A stretch of 64,000 nucleotides of DNA from Macrostomum lignano (lineage: Eukaryota). This document shows positions 37,182 through 48,879 of this stretch, piece after piece (positions within the stretch are counted from its first letter, which is position 1; every line of letters starts with the position of its first letter). The position numbers and the translations under genes are program-made. Below the pieces are notes generated by a model. That model worked only from the letters and a program-made list of their open reading frames with translations, was not told the origin of the DNA and ran no database searches. Where the stretch lies: positions 186,001-250,000 of the forward strand of contig NIVC01000829.1 of assembly GCA_002269645.1 (NCBI GenBank), written 5' to 3'.

Positions 37182-40100
37182 TTAAGTCGCAGAGTTATTT
37201 GTGTTAGGCAATATAGTGGTGTCAACGTAATCTTCCGAGCTGAAAAAGCCAACAGAAGAAACAGCAATGATGACGAAGTAGATCAGGAAGAACAGCCGGT
37301 CCAGCACCAGACCAACATTGCGCCATTCCTGCACAATCTTGTTCACCCTCTCGCGGTTGTCATGCAGCCGCTGGATGTACCGCAACGCCTTGACAATGTC
37401 CTGCACATCCTTTGTCAGTAAGTTGATTCGGCGTCTGGTTATGGCGTCAAGTACAGCGACAGGAAAGAGGTCTGCACTGCTGCTGCCGCGAGAATGGCGA
37501 TGCTGCTGCCTGTATTGCTGCTGCTGTTGCCGAAGAAGCTGCTGGTGTTGCTGCTGCTGCCGAAGCAGCTGCCTGATGAAGGTTTATTCAACAAAAACTG
37601 CGATTGAAATGAATGAGATTGATAGTCAATTAAAACTTGACGCGAAATTAAACGAGACTTAAGAAAATATTAGGTGAGATTTAAGTGAGATTTGGGTGAG
37701 ACTGGGTGAGATTCGGGTGAGACTGGATTAGATTCAGGTGAGACTGGGTGAGATTTGGGTGAGACTAAATGATATTCGGGTGAGACTGGGTGAGATTCGG
37801 GTGAGATTTGGGTGAGACTAGGTGAGATTCGAGTGAGATTCGGGTGAGACTAGGTGAGATTCGGGTGAGACTAGGTGAGATTCGGGTGAGACTAGGTGAG
37901 ATTCGGGTGAGACTAAATGATTTTCGGGTGAGACTCGGTGAGATTCGATTGGGACTGCGGTAGGATTTGGGTGAGACTGAGTAAGATTCTGATGAGATTT
38001 GGATGAGAATCGGGTGAGACTGGATGAGACTTTATTGATACTTCGAAGATTTTAAGCTTTGATTGCGATCAAAAAGATCATAAGTGCGATCAGTTGTCAC
38101 CTCGGAAGGCACTGCAGCATCATTTCATCAACCTCTGCGTAGCCGCCGCCGCCGCCCATGCCACTGAAGCCGCTGATTGAAGGTCCCGAAGCTTCTTGAT
38201 GCTGCTGCTGATGGCAATGATGCGCATCTTGCGAGTTGAAGGTTTGAAAGTGGAGCGGCTGAGTCAACAGCGGACAGCCCCCCCCGCCTGGTTGAGGCCA
38301 GTGAGGTGGTCGGACTGCCCGCGTTGTTCGCCTGCTGCTGGTTGGTGGAACTCGGCGAGCAAAGTCCCGCAGCAGGTGCTTGCATAGGATAGTCTTCATC
38401 CAGTCTTTGTTGCTTCCTGCGGCTGCTTTCGGACTTTTGGTGTTTCTGTTTCTGTTGCTGCTGCTGCTGCTGGGGCGGGCCCGGCTTGGCGAGGTTCACG
38501 CACAAAACTCGGGCTCCGTGATGGATGGCCAGCTGAAAGGATGAAGGAGGGTCGGATTTTGACTTGCTGGTGTGCTTTCACAACCATTATGCCCTTGGAC
38601 TTTATACAATTCCCCAGGGAATGGAAAATGTTTAAAATATTGGGAACAAGCAGTGGCTCCCTAATAAAGTGGATGAAATTTTACTAAAGTTTATTTATGT
38701 AGTGAGCCGCTAGTTTAGTGTTTGGCGTCCCCCTTTGTCAGCAGTCCCCTCGCCCCCGCCCTGGGTTGCTGTCTGCCGCTGGTCAGCTTCCCGCCCCCTG
38801 GCCGTATTTTGCTGCCCTTGGCCTGTTCTGCCCTTCTGCGTCTCTGTTCTCAGCCCTCAGCTTCTCTGCTGCAGGCTGTCTCTGTTTCGTTCCTGTCCCG
38901 TTTTCCGTTTTCCTTGCGTTCTTGGAGTCTTAAAGTGCAGTAAACATGTTTACTGCACTCGTTGGCTCTGTTTACCAGGAGAATCACGTGCTTTCGGACC
39001 CCTCCCTTCTCTAAGGAGAGAGTGACTCATGTTGCTAAAAATAGCAACTGAGTCACAGCCGCGTGTACTCTGGCCGGAGACCTCAAGTGACGTCAGTTCT
39101 AAAAATAGAACAAGTCACGAGGTCTTGCGCGCACTGAGACCCTGCCCCGAGACCTCAAGTGACGTCAGTTCTAAAAATAGAACAAGTCACGAGGTCTTGT
39201 ACGCGGGAGAATCCCGGCTATAAATAGGACCCCTCTACTCCTCCTTGTTTCCGTCAAGGAGTCTTTGCCGGAGTCTTTGCTTGCCTCTAAACTTCTAAGA
39301 GCCCACGTGCGTTATTGACTGAACTAAGTCCCCTTTTTGAGTACACTAAATCTGCTTGTGCTGGTCTGACTGAGACCCTACTAAAGCAAACCTCAAGCCT
39401 ACGAGAGGCTAACTCAGCCCTCCCATACCAACCAAGCCCGGCAGGTGCTGCTGACGAGACGCCTTGCACGTTGAACTGCAAATCTGCACCTGGTGCTGAG
39501 TTTGTTGACTTCGTTATTTCGTTCCGACGGGAAGCTCACCTCATCGAAGGCCGAGACCTGAAGGAACTGGTGGCAGCACTACCTACGCTACTAAGAGTTA
39601 AGAAGGCTTCCGAGTGAGAAGACGGAGAGCCCAAGTCACTGCGCTGGACAGCAGGAGAAACCCCGAGACAACCATAAGTACTTCACTGGTGGCAGCGGTG
39701 GGATTCAAAGACCTACCAGGCCACCCCGAGACAACCACAACTACTTCATTTATGTTTACTTATCAAGATTTTTAAATGGAAGCCATTTTTTTATTTCTTA
39801 GAAACAAAGTTTTTGGTTGTCGTTAAATAAAACAAAATTAGTAGGATAGGAAGAAATTATTTTGTTTTTTGTCAGCAATTGAATTAATCTGTTTTAGTTC
39901 ATTAAAACTTAACAAAAATTTTAAGTCGAGTTTGATAATTTGTTAGAAAGAATACGATTTCAATATAACAAATTTTCATGAATGCTTAATTAGGAATAAT
40001 TATCACCTTTTTTAACCAGAACGGTACCTCCTGCCGGTTGTCGCCGCGGAAATGAAAATTAACAATGATGACGCACAGAAATGTTGACAGGGTGATGATG

Positions 40101-43100
40101 CCCATGTTGAGGCAGTAGTATTGGCCTGCAGAACAGTTTACGGTGACTGAGTGCATTTTTCTGTGAAGATACTATTTTAATTCTTAGAAAAAAGGACGAT
40201 AAAAAACGGCTTACCAATTCTAGGAAACGAATCCGAAGCCGCCGGGGTTTGCTTCTCCAGCAGAAGCATGAGCAGGAAGAATGCAACGAAAATGTTCATT
40301 CCTGGAATCGGATTTCACACCAAGACTTGTAATTATTTGTAAACAATATGCTCAAAATTTTGAGTATAAAAATTATTCGTAAAATCTATTATAGTATAAA
40401 CGATGGTCTATAATTTTAAGTTTAAAGATAAAGCTTAAAAATGATCAAAGCTCATTACAATAGGGTTTTAAGAGTACATTGAAAGTAACGTTAAATGGTC
40501 ATTAAAATAGGATGAAAGGTCTATGTTTAAAAATTTCTTAATAGTACATTTAGAGCAGAAAGCTACTTGTACAGAGTACAAGCTGCCATAGTAATCATAA
40601 GTTTACTGTAGCAGTGCTGTAAGACAAAATGGTTACATGTACTTATTTTTGATGATCTAAGTGCATCGTGTAATTGGCGCAAGAATAAAAGTACTTTGCT
40701 ACTTTGTTTAGAAATAGTTTGTTTATTCAACAAAAAAGTAACTATACACACTTATATCCTTTTAAAGTGTCACTGATCGAGTAATCCACGTATAGCAAGC
40801 GAAAGATGAAACAAGAAGTAAATCAAAACACTTACCGAGCACCATTTTAGCTGGCGTCTCCGGAGGCAGCCAGAACAGCACGAGGGTCAACGAGGACAGC
40901 AAAAAGCAGGGCAGAATCAAAATGAAGGAGTAAAACAAAGTCGAGCGTTTCATATAGATTCGGAACGTGATGTCCACGAACGGCTCCGGACAGCAGGGAT
41001 AAACCACCGAGTTGTACACTGCCGAATAGTTCAGGATCTTCCACTCAGGACTGGGTATCATCTCGTCTAGGTCGAATGCACTTTTCATTGTCCGATGGTA
41101 GTAAGTGATGTTTACTCGCCACCTGTGGGGGACACGTTGGATCATTCTTATCCCCACTCAAATCTGCCACTATAGACTTTTCTCCTCCCAATCCAGAAAT
41201 ATTCCCTACTCTATTTTTCCTTCCCATCTCACCCGTCGTAAGTCCAGGGCCCGAATTTCAGATCGCAGGTCTGTACATCGAACGGGAAATATTCGATTCG
41301 AATTTCGCAGGCGCTCTTGTAGATGGCCATTGGGTGCCATTCGACTGTGCCATTGCTATGCACTTTTGCTGCCACCTCTCGGCGTTCTTCAAGACGCTCA
41401 TCGGCGCTAGAAATGAGAGATCGTTGATTTACATGTGTATTTGTCGCACTGTAAAGTGTTCTACGATACATATCGTCATATCGGCATGCAACGGAAGATT
41501 GAGTTTTTTATAGTCTGGCGGTGTACAATTTGAGTATTATTGGAGGATTTAACCCCCTGAGTCAAAGCCTGAGTTCAAAAATGAGTCTATAGGATAAATG
41601 AGTCCGCGCGCGGAATCGAACCTGCGGACTTCCACTCGAGAATCGGACGCGTTACCGCTGTGCTAGTCTAACCCCGATTCCAAAGCCCTGTTAGTCCCTG
41701 TATGAAGTTCCATCTATTTATTACATTACTCTTCGATCAAAAAGCATCGGCACACACGCGCACACATGCGCTGCTATTTTATGAATAGAGAATTAACATC
41801 GGTATAAGCCACTGAGTCAGTGAGTTGCATCTGTTATCAATTATTTAAGCCTGACGGCATAGATATCGTATCTTTTATCTCAGTTAGAACTACAGCCCCG
41901 GATATGGGGGCGAAAATCCCAGACCGCACGCAACGATTTGGGGATTGTAAAATGTCTGAAAATCTCCAGTTGGGTCAAACAGCGAGCTGGCATGCGTGGA
42001 ATGGATAGCGCATAGGGAATCTCCCTCTCCATCTCATTTCCCAGCTAAATGGCTGAAGAGGTGTCAGTTTTTCAGCTCAGTGAAGTTCAGTGAAGTACGC
42101 AATTCTTTTCTAGAAGAAAAATATAGTTGAAAAGACAGAAAATATATTCGGCTTACTAATTGTAAAGCGCAATGTCAGGCAGCCAGATGTCCTTAGTAGG
42201 TATGTGCAGGACCTCGATTCCACTCTCGTTCTTCGGATCCCAACGCAGGTGATAATCCGTCCATTCCTGTTTTGTAGAAGGTTAAAGGTGACGGCGAAAA
42301 CTTTAAACGAGGATCTTCGTAAATAAGTCGAATAATCCAAGAACTTTAGGAAGCGCCTCGAATTTTTTTGGTTCATTTGATTCACGCTTTGGAGGCCCTG
42401 GTGATAAAGTTTGGAGTCTCTCTGGATGCTTTAATGGCGCACTTGTGGATATTTATAGGCGATTCCTGTGGACATTTATGTGTGATCCATGTGGACATTT
42501 ATATGTGATCCATGTGGACATTTATATGTGATCCATGTGGACATTTATATGTGATCCATGTGGACATTTATATGTGATCCATGTGGACATTTATATGTGA
42601 TCCATGTGGACATTTATATTTGATCCATGTGAACATTTATATGTGATCCATGTGGACATTTATATGTTATTCATGTGGACATTTATATGTGATCCATGTG
42701 GACATTTATATGTGATCCATGTGAACATTTATATGTGATCCATGTGGACATTTATATGTGATCCATGTGAACATTTATATGTGATCCATGTGGACATTTA
42801 TATGTGATCCATGTGGACATATATATTTGATCCATGTGAACATTTATATGTGATTCATGTGGACATTTATATGTGATCTATGTGGACATTTATAATTGAT
42901 CTCCATGGATATTTATGTTTGAACTCTGTGGATATTAAAGTACATCTAAAATTTCAGAGCACAGGGGAGCATCCCCGATTCCTAAACTGTTCAACTTTAA
43001 AACTTATGCTACTAAAAGCAGTTAGGCCACGAATTTTGAATTTTTATTAATTTTCCAAAGCTGAAAACGGCAAAAAGGCACTTGCCGCCTGGTGCAGACC

Positions 43101-46100
43101 AGCTCAAGTGACGAGATCTGATGGAGCAGCTGTCAGATCCACCGCGAGGCCGATGATGCGGCAATGCGGCACTGTATCATAAATTTATCACGAATCTGCC
43201 TCCCATTCGGATTGAAGATTTTGGTGGCAATAAATCATTCTGACAGTTAATCCCGGGATCATTACGGCAGACATTTTTGATGCATACTGATGGCTGCCTG
43301 CTAGATGGACTTTGAGCTTTTCTGGCAAAGAGTGCCAGTCCCGCTGCCTCTGAATTTACTTCTTTATTTCTCTCCGTCTACTTCTCATTATCTATCCTAC
43401 CTACTTCTCAATCTCTCAAACCTACTTCTCAATCTTTCAAACCTACTTTTCCATCTCTCAAACCTACTTCTCAATATTTCAAACCTACTTCTCAATCTTT
43501 CAAACCTACTTCTCAATCTCCCAAACCTACTTCTCAATCTCTCAAACCTACTTCTCAATCTCCCAAACCTACTTCTCAATCTCTCAGACCTACTTTTAAA
43601 TCTCTCAAACCTACTTCTCAATCTTTCAAACCTACTTTTCAATCTCTCAAACCTACTTCTCAATCTCTCAGACCTACTTCTCAATCTCACAATCCTACTA
43701 CTTCTCAATCTCTCAAACCTACTTCTCAATCGTTCAGACCTACTTCTTAATCTCTCAAGCCTACTTCTCAATCTCTCTTTTTTTTCTCCAGAAATCATAC
43801 AGACGCAGCCAAACAGACACACCCACTGCCAGATGTGTCAGTTCGGCGTTGCCTCCGGTACCTGCTGGAAGTCATGCATTATTGAATCAGTCTAGGAAAC
43901 TTTTCACCCAGACACACGAGGGCAGCTTCATCAACTGTCTCTTCATCAACTGCCGCGCTCATCCTTCCGCTCTCGGTATGGTTGAGGGGAGTCCAGGCTT
44001 CATTCTCAAATTTAGTCTCTGGATTCTGTACTAAGCTATCAGATTTCCCAATATCCGTTTAGATTTGAAGACACCTAATCCTGCACCAAGATTCTGGGGG
44101 GGGTTTCGTTCTCTGAATTTTTCTTTCACTAAATCTCTTTCCGCTTGATATTGGCAGTTTTTTAGCTTGAGTAGTAAAATAGGTTTCCTAGAAACTCTAT
44201 CAGTGCTATCGTGTTTCGAAGAAAGTTATTGGCCAAATTTAAATATGAACTCTCTATATTAATCTCAATCTGATCTCTCTCTAATCTCTTGCTGATCTAT
44301 CTCCCATCTAGCTGATCTATCTCCAATCCATAGCTGATCTATCTTCGATCTATAGCCGATCTATATCTGATCTATAGCTGATCTATAGCCGATCTATATC
44401 CGATCTATAGCTATTCTATCTCCGATCTATAGATGATCTATATCCGATCTATGGTTGATCTATAACCGATCTATAGCTGATCTATCTTCGATCTCTAGCT
44501 GATCTATATTCAATCCCCCTGGACCAGATCCCCAGGCCCCGCCAGTGCACTCACATAAAGCACAATCATGCTAGTTGTGAGCACTTGCTCCATCTCGTCC
44601 AGGTCTAAGATCTGCACCAACCGGAGCCCGAACTCAACAGTCACTTGTTGAATCGGGATCGTGGGAGCATTTTTGCCTTTCTCCTTGGGCCGATCGATTT
44701 TCGGTGTCCCGCCATCGGCCGGATCGTCATCGATCACTGGACGACTTTTCTTGTCGTATTCGCTCAGCAGAGCTTTGATGAGGTTCTTCTCGGACATGTT
44801 CATGACCAGGGGTCTTGTCCAGGTGCCTATCCGTCCTCCGGCATCGTCTGCCACTTCCGATGCTGCGACCGCGATGGTGAACATGGCAAAGCAGAGGACC
44901 GTGGCTGCGGGTGGCAGGGGAGTTACCTGTCTGTCACCAACTTGTCTGTCACCAACTTGTCTGTCACCATCCTGTCTGTCCCAGCCTGTCTGTCCCCATC
45001 CTGTCTGTCCCCCATCCTGTCTGTTCTCCCATCCTGTCTGTCCCCCATCCTGTCTGTCCCATCCTGTCTGTCCCATCCTGTCTGTCCCCCATCCTGTCTG
45101 TCCCATCCTGTCTGTCCCATCCTGTCTGTCCCATCCTGTCTGTCCCATCCTGTCTGTCCCATCCTGTCTGTCCCCCATCCTGTCTGTCCCATCCTGTCTG
45201 TCCCCCATCCTGTCTGTCCCATCCTGTCTGTCCCATCCTGTCTGTCCCATCCTGTCTGTCCCATCCTGTCTGTCCCATCCTGTCTGTCCCATCCTGTCTG
45301 TTCTCCCATCCTGTCTGTCCCCCATCCTGTCTGTCCCATCCTGTCTGTCCCATCCTGTCTGTCCCATCCTGTCTGTCCCATCCTGTCTGTCCCATCCTGT
45401 CTGTCCCATCCTGTCTGTCCCATCCTGTCTGTCCCATCCTGTCTGTCCCATCCTGTCTGTCACCAACTTGTCTGTCCCATCCTGTCTGTCCCATCCTGTC
45501 TGTCCCATCCTGTCTATCCCATCCTGTCTGTCCCATCCTGTCTGTCCCATCCTGTCTGTCCCATCCTGTCTGTCCCATCCTGTCTGTCCCATCCTGTCTG
45601 TCCCATCCTGTCTGTCCCATCCTGTCTGTCCCATCCTGTCTGTCCCATCCTGTCTGTCCCATCCTGTTTAAAATCAAATTCCTAATTAAATTTGGCTCAG
45701 CATTGCTGTCCTTCACAAATCACCACGGATTTGAAAACGCAAACAAATCGAAGCAAAATGCAACAAGGAGAAATTGAGGTCTGGAACCATTGCACTGGGA
45801 TCTATCTGTCTACTAGGGGGGAGATTTTTTCAAGCGAAGGGGATCTGCAGCAATAGCTACATAAAATCCCCTTCCAATATCCCCCCTAGGCCTCTTTCCA
45901 GACTTCAATGCCATCGCCTGCAGACAGGGGCTTACAGGGAGGATGAAGGAGGAAAGAAATTAAAGAGGAAGCCAAGGAGCTCTAAAGTTTGATGTCTGGA
46001 TTGGAAACTAATACTTTTTCGAACTACTTGTAGAAAGGCAGCCTTCTCAAACTCGGAAAATTTTCAAGTTTAGTTCCAAGCTTTTGGAATTTTTAAATTA

Positions 46101-48419
46101 AAATAACACCATGATTGTTTTACAGAATTTAACATACCCTCCCAACCCAGATGCTGTGTTCAGATATGTTCCTTGGCACAGCGGATCAGGTTCTCGTTTG
46201 CTTCAGTTTATAACTTATATTTGCGCATGATGGCGCGCTTACTAGATCAGTCCAGCATCCATTCTCCATCATAGACCGAAGCTGCAGCAGGTGTGAAAAA
46301 AACAGTCCTAAACTTCCGTGGAAAGTTGAATGGTGATGCCAGCAACATAAGTACATACTGGGTGGTTCTTGCAGTAAGGCTTAAAAGTACATCTGGTGAA
46401 ACTTGAACGCCAGTCAGTCATTATTAAAGCAATTACAAAATACGGAATTCGAAATTTCTTATCATATAAACTGAATTATGACTTTTAAGTGCCTGTCAGG
46501 TCACAGTTGGAGAGGTGCCTGCATTTTTCTGGCTGCGGGTGTGAAGTGGCGGGGCTGAATGTGGAGATGACAGGTCCTCTGAGTGGAAAACCCTTGATAA
46601 GGCTAAACTAGATGTGGGAAAAATGAGGTCCTTTATTATTTTTTTATGCTGTTGAAAGATGTTATTTTAATGGTTGCGGTGGCCCAGAAACTGGGGATCA
46701 TGAGAGGCTGGGTCAGCGACTGAGAATCTGGGAGGCTGGCCTAGCAACTGAGGATCTGGGAGGCTGGCCTAGCAACTGAGGATCTGGGAGGCTGGCCCAA
46801 CAACTGAGGATCTGGGAGGCTGGCCCAACAACTGAGGATCTGGGAGGCTGGTCCAACAACTGAGGATCTGGGAGGCTGGCCCAGCAACTGAGGATCTGGG
46901 AGGCTGGTCCAGCAACTGAGGATCTGGGAGGCTGGCCCAGCAACTGAGGATCTGGGAGGCTGGTCCAACAACTGAGGATCTGGGAGGCTGGCCCAGCAAC
47001 TGAGGATCTGGGAGGCTGGCCCAGCAACTGAGGATCTGGGAGGATGTGGTCCAACAACTGAGGATCTGGGAGGCTGGTCCAGCAACTGAGGATCTGGGAG
47101 GCTGGCCCAGCAACTGAGGATCTGGGAGGCTGGTCCAACAACAGAGGATCTGAGAGGCTGGTCCAACAACAGAGGATCTGAGAGGCTGGCGGTGGTACAG
47201 CCGCCATCCCCACATTCTCACTGAGCATCACTAGCTATTGGATGCAGCTGCTCAAAACGCACACAACGCCAGCTCTCTCCCAATCCCAGCTGAGAAGACT
47301 TTCGCAGGCCCGCAGGCCGCCATGCGCCGCTCTTCGGGACGCGGCAGTCTTGCAACTTGATGCAAATGAGGTCGGGGGAGGGGCGTCGCATGACTCCGTC
47401 TGTGAGCCGCCCGAGTTGCGGCTTTTGAGCGACACCGGGAGTGGGGGGGGGGGCGGTGAGGAAGAGAGAAATGAAGGGTGGAACGTCTGGAACGGAATGC
47501 GCTATAATGCCATTAGATGTGGGATTGGGGGATTGGGGTGGCTGTGGGTGGCTTAGCGCAGAGGCAGATAGAGATAAAGGCGGGGGATGCTCATGATACA
47601 GAAGCTACATGCACCAAGTCGTGCCGTTTGTCAAAGTCCACGGCCAGTCAGGCTGTTTGGTTGGAATTCGACCGGAGTGAGCCTAGCAGCTTCAATTATT
47701 TGCAAAGGGATTTACCATGACAGCACACTGTGCCGGCTGGCCTGATACTGAAGGGATCTGATGGGGATTTTTTGTCTGCCTGTTCAGTCGGCAGGTTGAT
47801 GGGATTAAGAGCTGCTGGTAGCCGGCCTAGTCCGGTTCAGAGATCAGGGTTAGGGATCCTAGTTAGGGATCAGAGAAGTTGGGGATCCCAGCTTGAGGAT
47901 CAGAGAAGTTTAGGATCCCAGCTTGAGGATCAGAGAAGTTAGGGATCCCAGTTTGAGGATCAGAGAATTTAGGGATCCCAGCTTGAGGATCAGAGAAGTT
48001 AGGGATCCCAGCTTGAGGATCAGAGAAGTTAGGGATCCCAGCTTGAGGATCAGAGAAGTTAGGGATCCCAGCTTGAGGATCAGAGAAGTTAGGGATCCCA
48101 GCTTGAGGATCAGAGAAGTTAGGGATCCCAGCTTGAGGATTAGAGAAGTTAGGGATCCCAGCTTGAGGATCAGAGAAGTTGGGGATCCCAGCTTGAGGAT
48201 CAGAGAAGTTAGGGATCCCAGCTTGAGGATTAGAGAAGTTAGGGATCCCAGCTTGAGGATCAGAGAAGTTAGGGATCCCAGCTTGAGGATCAGAGAAGTT
48301 AGGGATCCCAGCTTGAGGATCGCAGCATAATTCAGTTTGAGTAGACGCGACTCACCAACGATCCGACAGAACCGGAAAAGCAGCAAGTGTTTTCGACTCT
48401 TTGATCGTCTCTCGTGCAT
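37182..48419 (-). CDS. Nicotinic acetylcholine receptor alpha-type subunit, predicted anion-selective (ACh-gated chloride channel-like); exons 48356-48419, 44555-44904, 42157-42266, 41233-41406, 40836-41122, 40215-40301, 40007-40125, 38101-38532, 37182-37572
   Basis: Loop [14 protein letters not shown], Cys-loop [15 protein letters not shown], loop B FGPWTYDG, loop C YPCCPEPF (vicinal Cys), TM1 [26 protein letters not shown], linker ETPAK, TM2 [20 protein letters not shown]3 [23 protein letters not shown]4 [18 protein letters not shown]. Contains the 110-nt exon typical of nAChR genes. The exons sum to 2014 nt, one base out of frame at the C8 run 38278-38285. Exon 1 is inferred from a phase-1 G|GTGAGT donor that completes a signal peptide. 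Confidence 0.92.
37670..38030. repeat. Minisatellite, 10/11-bp GGTGAGA-core units (21-bp period)
   Basis: Direct reading. Confidence 0.92.
38698..39748 (+). mobile_element. LTR-retrotransposon remnant (Ty3/gypsy-type): about 988-bp LTR (38698-39685), tRNA-Leu PBS (39687-39706) and a short duplicated LTR terminus; lies in a nAChR intron, antisense
   Basis: TGTAGT...ACTTCA termini; 4-bp TSD TTTA (38694-38697 and 39749-39752); PBS TGGTGGCAGCGGTGGGATTC complementary to the tRNA-Leu 3' end plus CCA; TATA-like CTATAAATAG near 39219; 51-bp direct repeat at 72-bp spacing. Confidence 0.88.
39023..39229 (+). promoter_or_regulatory. LTR U3 enhancer/promoter motif cluster
   Basis: AP-1 TGACTCA 39023-39029 and TGAGTCA 39049-39055; MEF2 CTAAAAATAG at 39035, 39099, 39171; CRE TGACGTCA at 39088, 39160; TATA near 39219. 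Motif matches only; function untested. Confidence 0.55.
41602..41672 (-). mobile_element. tRNA-like (Glu-CTC-like) Pol III head: SINE or tRNA pseudogene in a nAChR intron
   Basis: A box TAGCACAGCGG, B box GGTTCGATTCC, CTC in the anticodon-loop position, poor acceptor stem, T-run about 20 nt downstream. Confidence 0.55.
42470..42915. repeat. Minisatellite, 23-bp unit GTGATCCATGTGGACATTTATAT
   Basis: Direct reading. Confidence 0.96.
43385..43775. repeat. Minisatellite, 21-bp unit CTCAAACCTACTTCTCAATCT
   Basis: Direct reading. Confidence 0.96.
44300..44510. repeat. Degenerate 11-bp repeat GATCTATAGCT
   Basis: Direct reading. Confidence 0.85.
44927..45665. repeat. Minisatellite, 14-bp unit CTGTCCCATCCTGT
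   Basis: Direct reading; ends 22 nt from the nAChR exon 2 acceptor. Confidence 0.97.
46700..47190. repeat. Minisatellite, 28-bp unit ACTGAGGATCTGGGAGGCTGGCCCAGCA
   Basis: Direct reading; same unit at 59870-60380. Confidence 0.97.
47860..48320. repeat. Minisatellite, 30-bp unit AGGGATCCCAGCTTGAGGATCAGAGAAGTT
   Basis: Direct reading. Confidence 0.97.
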
Positions 48420-48879
48420 CACGCTGTCCACGGATTGTCCCAACACAGGTGTTTTAGGAAAGATTAGGGCTAGTCTGTTTAGGCTACTGTTCAGGTACAA
48501 GATTTATGATAACGTTAACTGATGCCACTATCATTACTACAGCAACGGAGGGTTTTAAATTTCGAAAAAATAGATTCTTGGATAAAAGCAGTTACAATTT
48601 CTAGTTGCCAGGCGAATGTAGCTGTCAATGACTAACTGGAATTCCCTGTACGCCAGCCTTTATGGTGAATCGGTCCTTGATCTGACCAACCCTTGCTGGG
48701 GAGAGAGGGAGGCAGATCCTTATAGCCAATCAGAGAAGACTTACAGCAAGAGATATGCTTAGTGCTTTCATATCTGAAAAACTGCGATGAAGAATTTTCA
48801 GCATTTTTAATTGTCTATTAATTAGGATAAATTAGACAAGTTTCGCTAATCCTATGGCACTGCAGACACCCAGTTTGAT

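Noticed and set aside
39315-39617. 100-aa ORF inside the LTR
   Set aside because: No gag, pol or env motifs recognised, and it starts at a non-ATG codon.
44905-44926. CAG|GTAACT juxtaposed acceptor/donor (recursive splice site or 22-nt intron)
   Set aside because: There is no polypyrimidine tract before the AG, 22 nt is too short for an intron, and GTAAC is better explained as the branch region for the acceptor at 44905.
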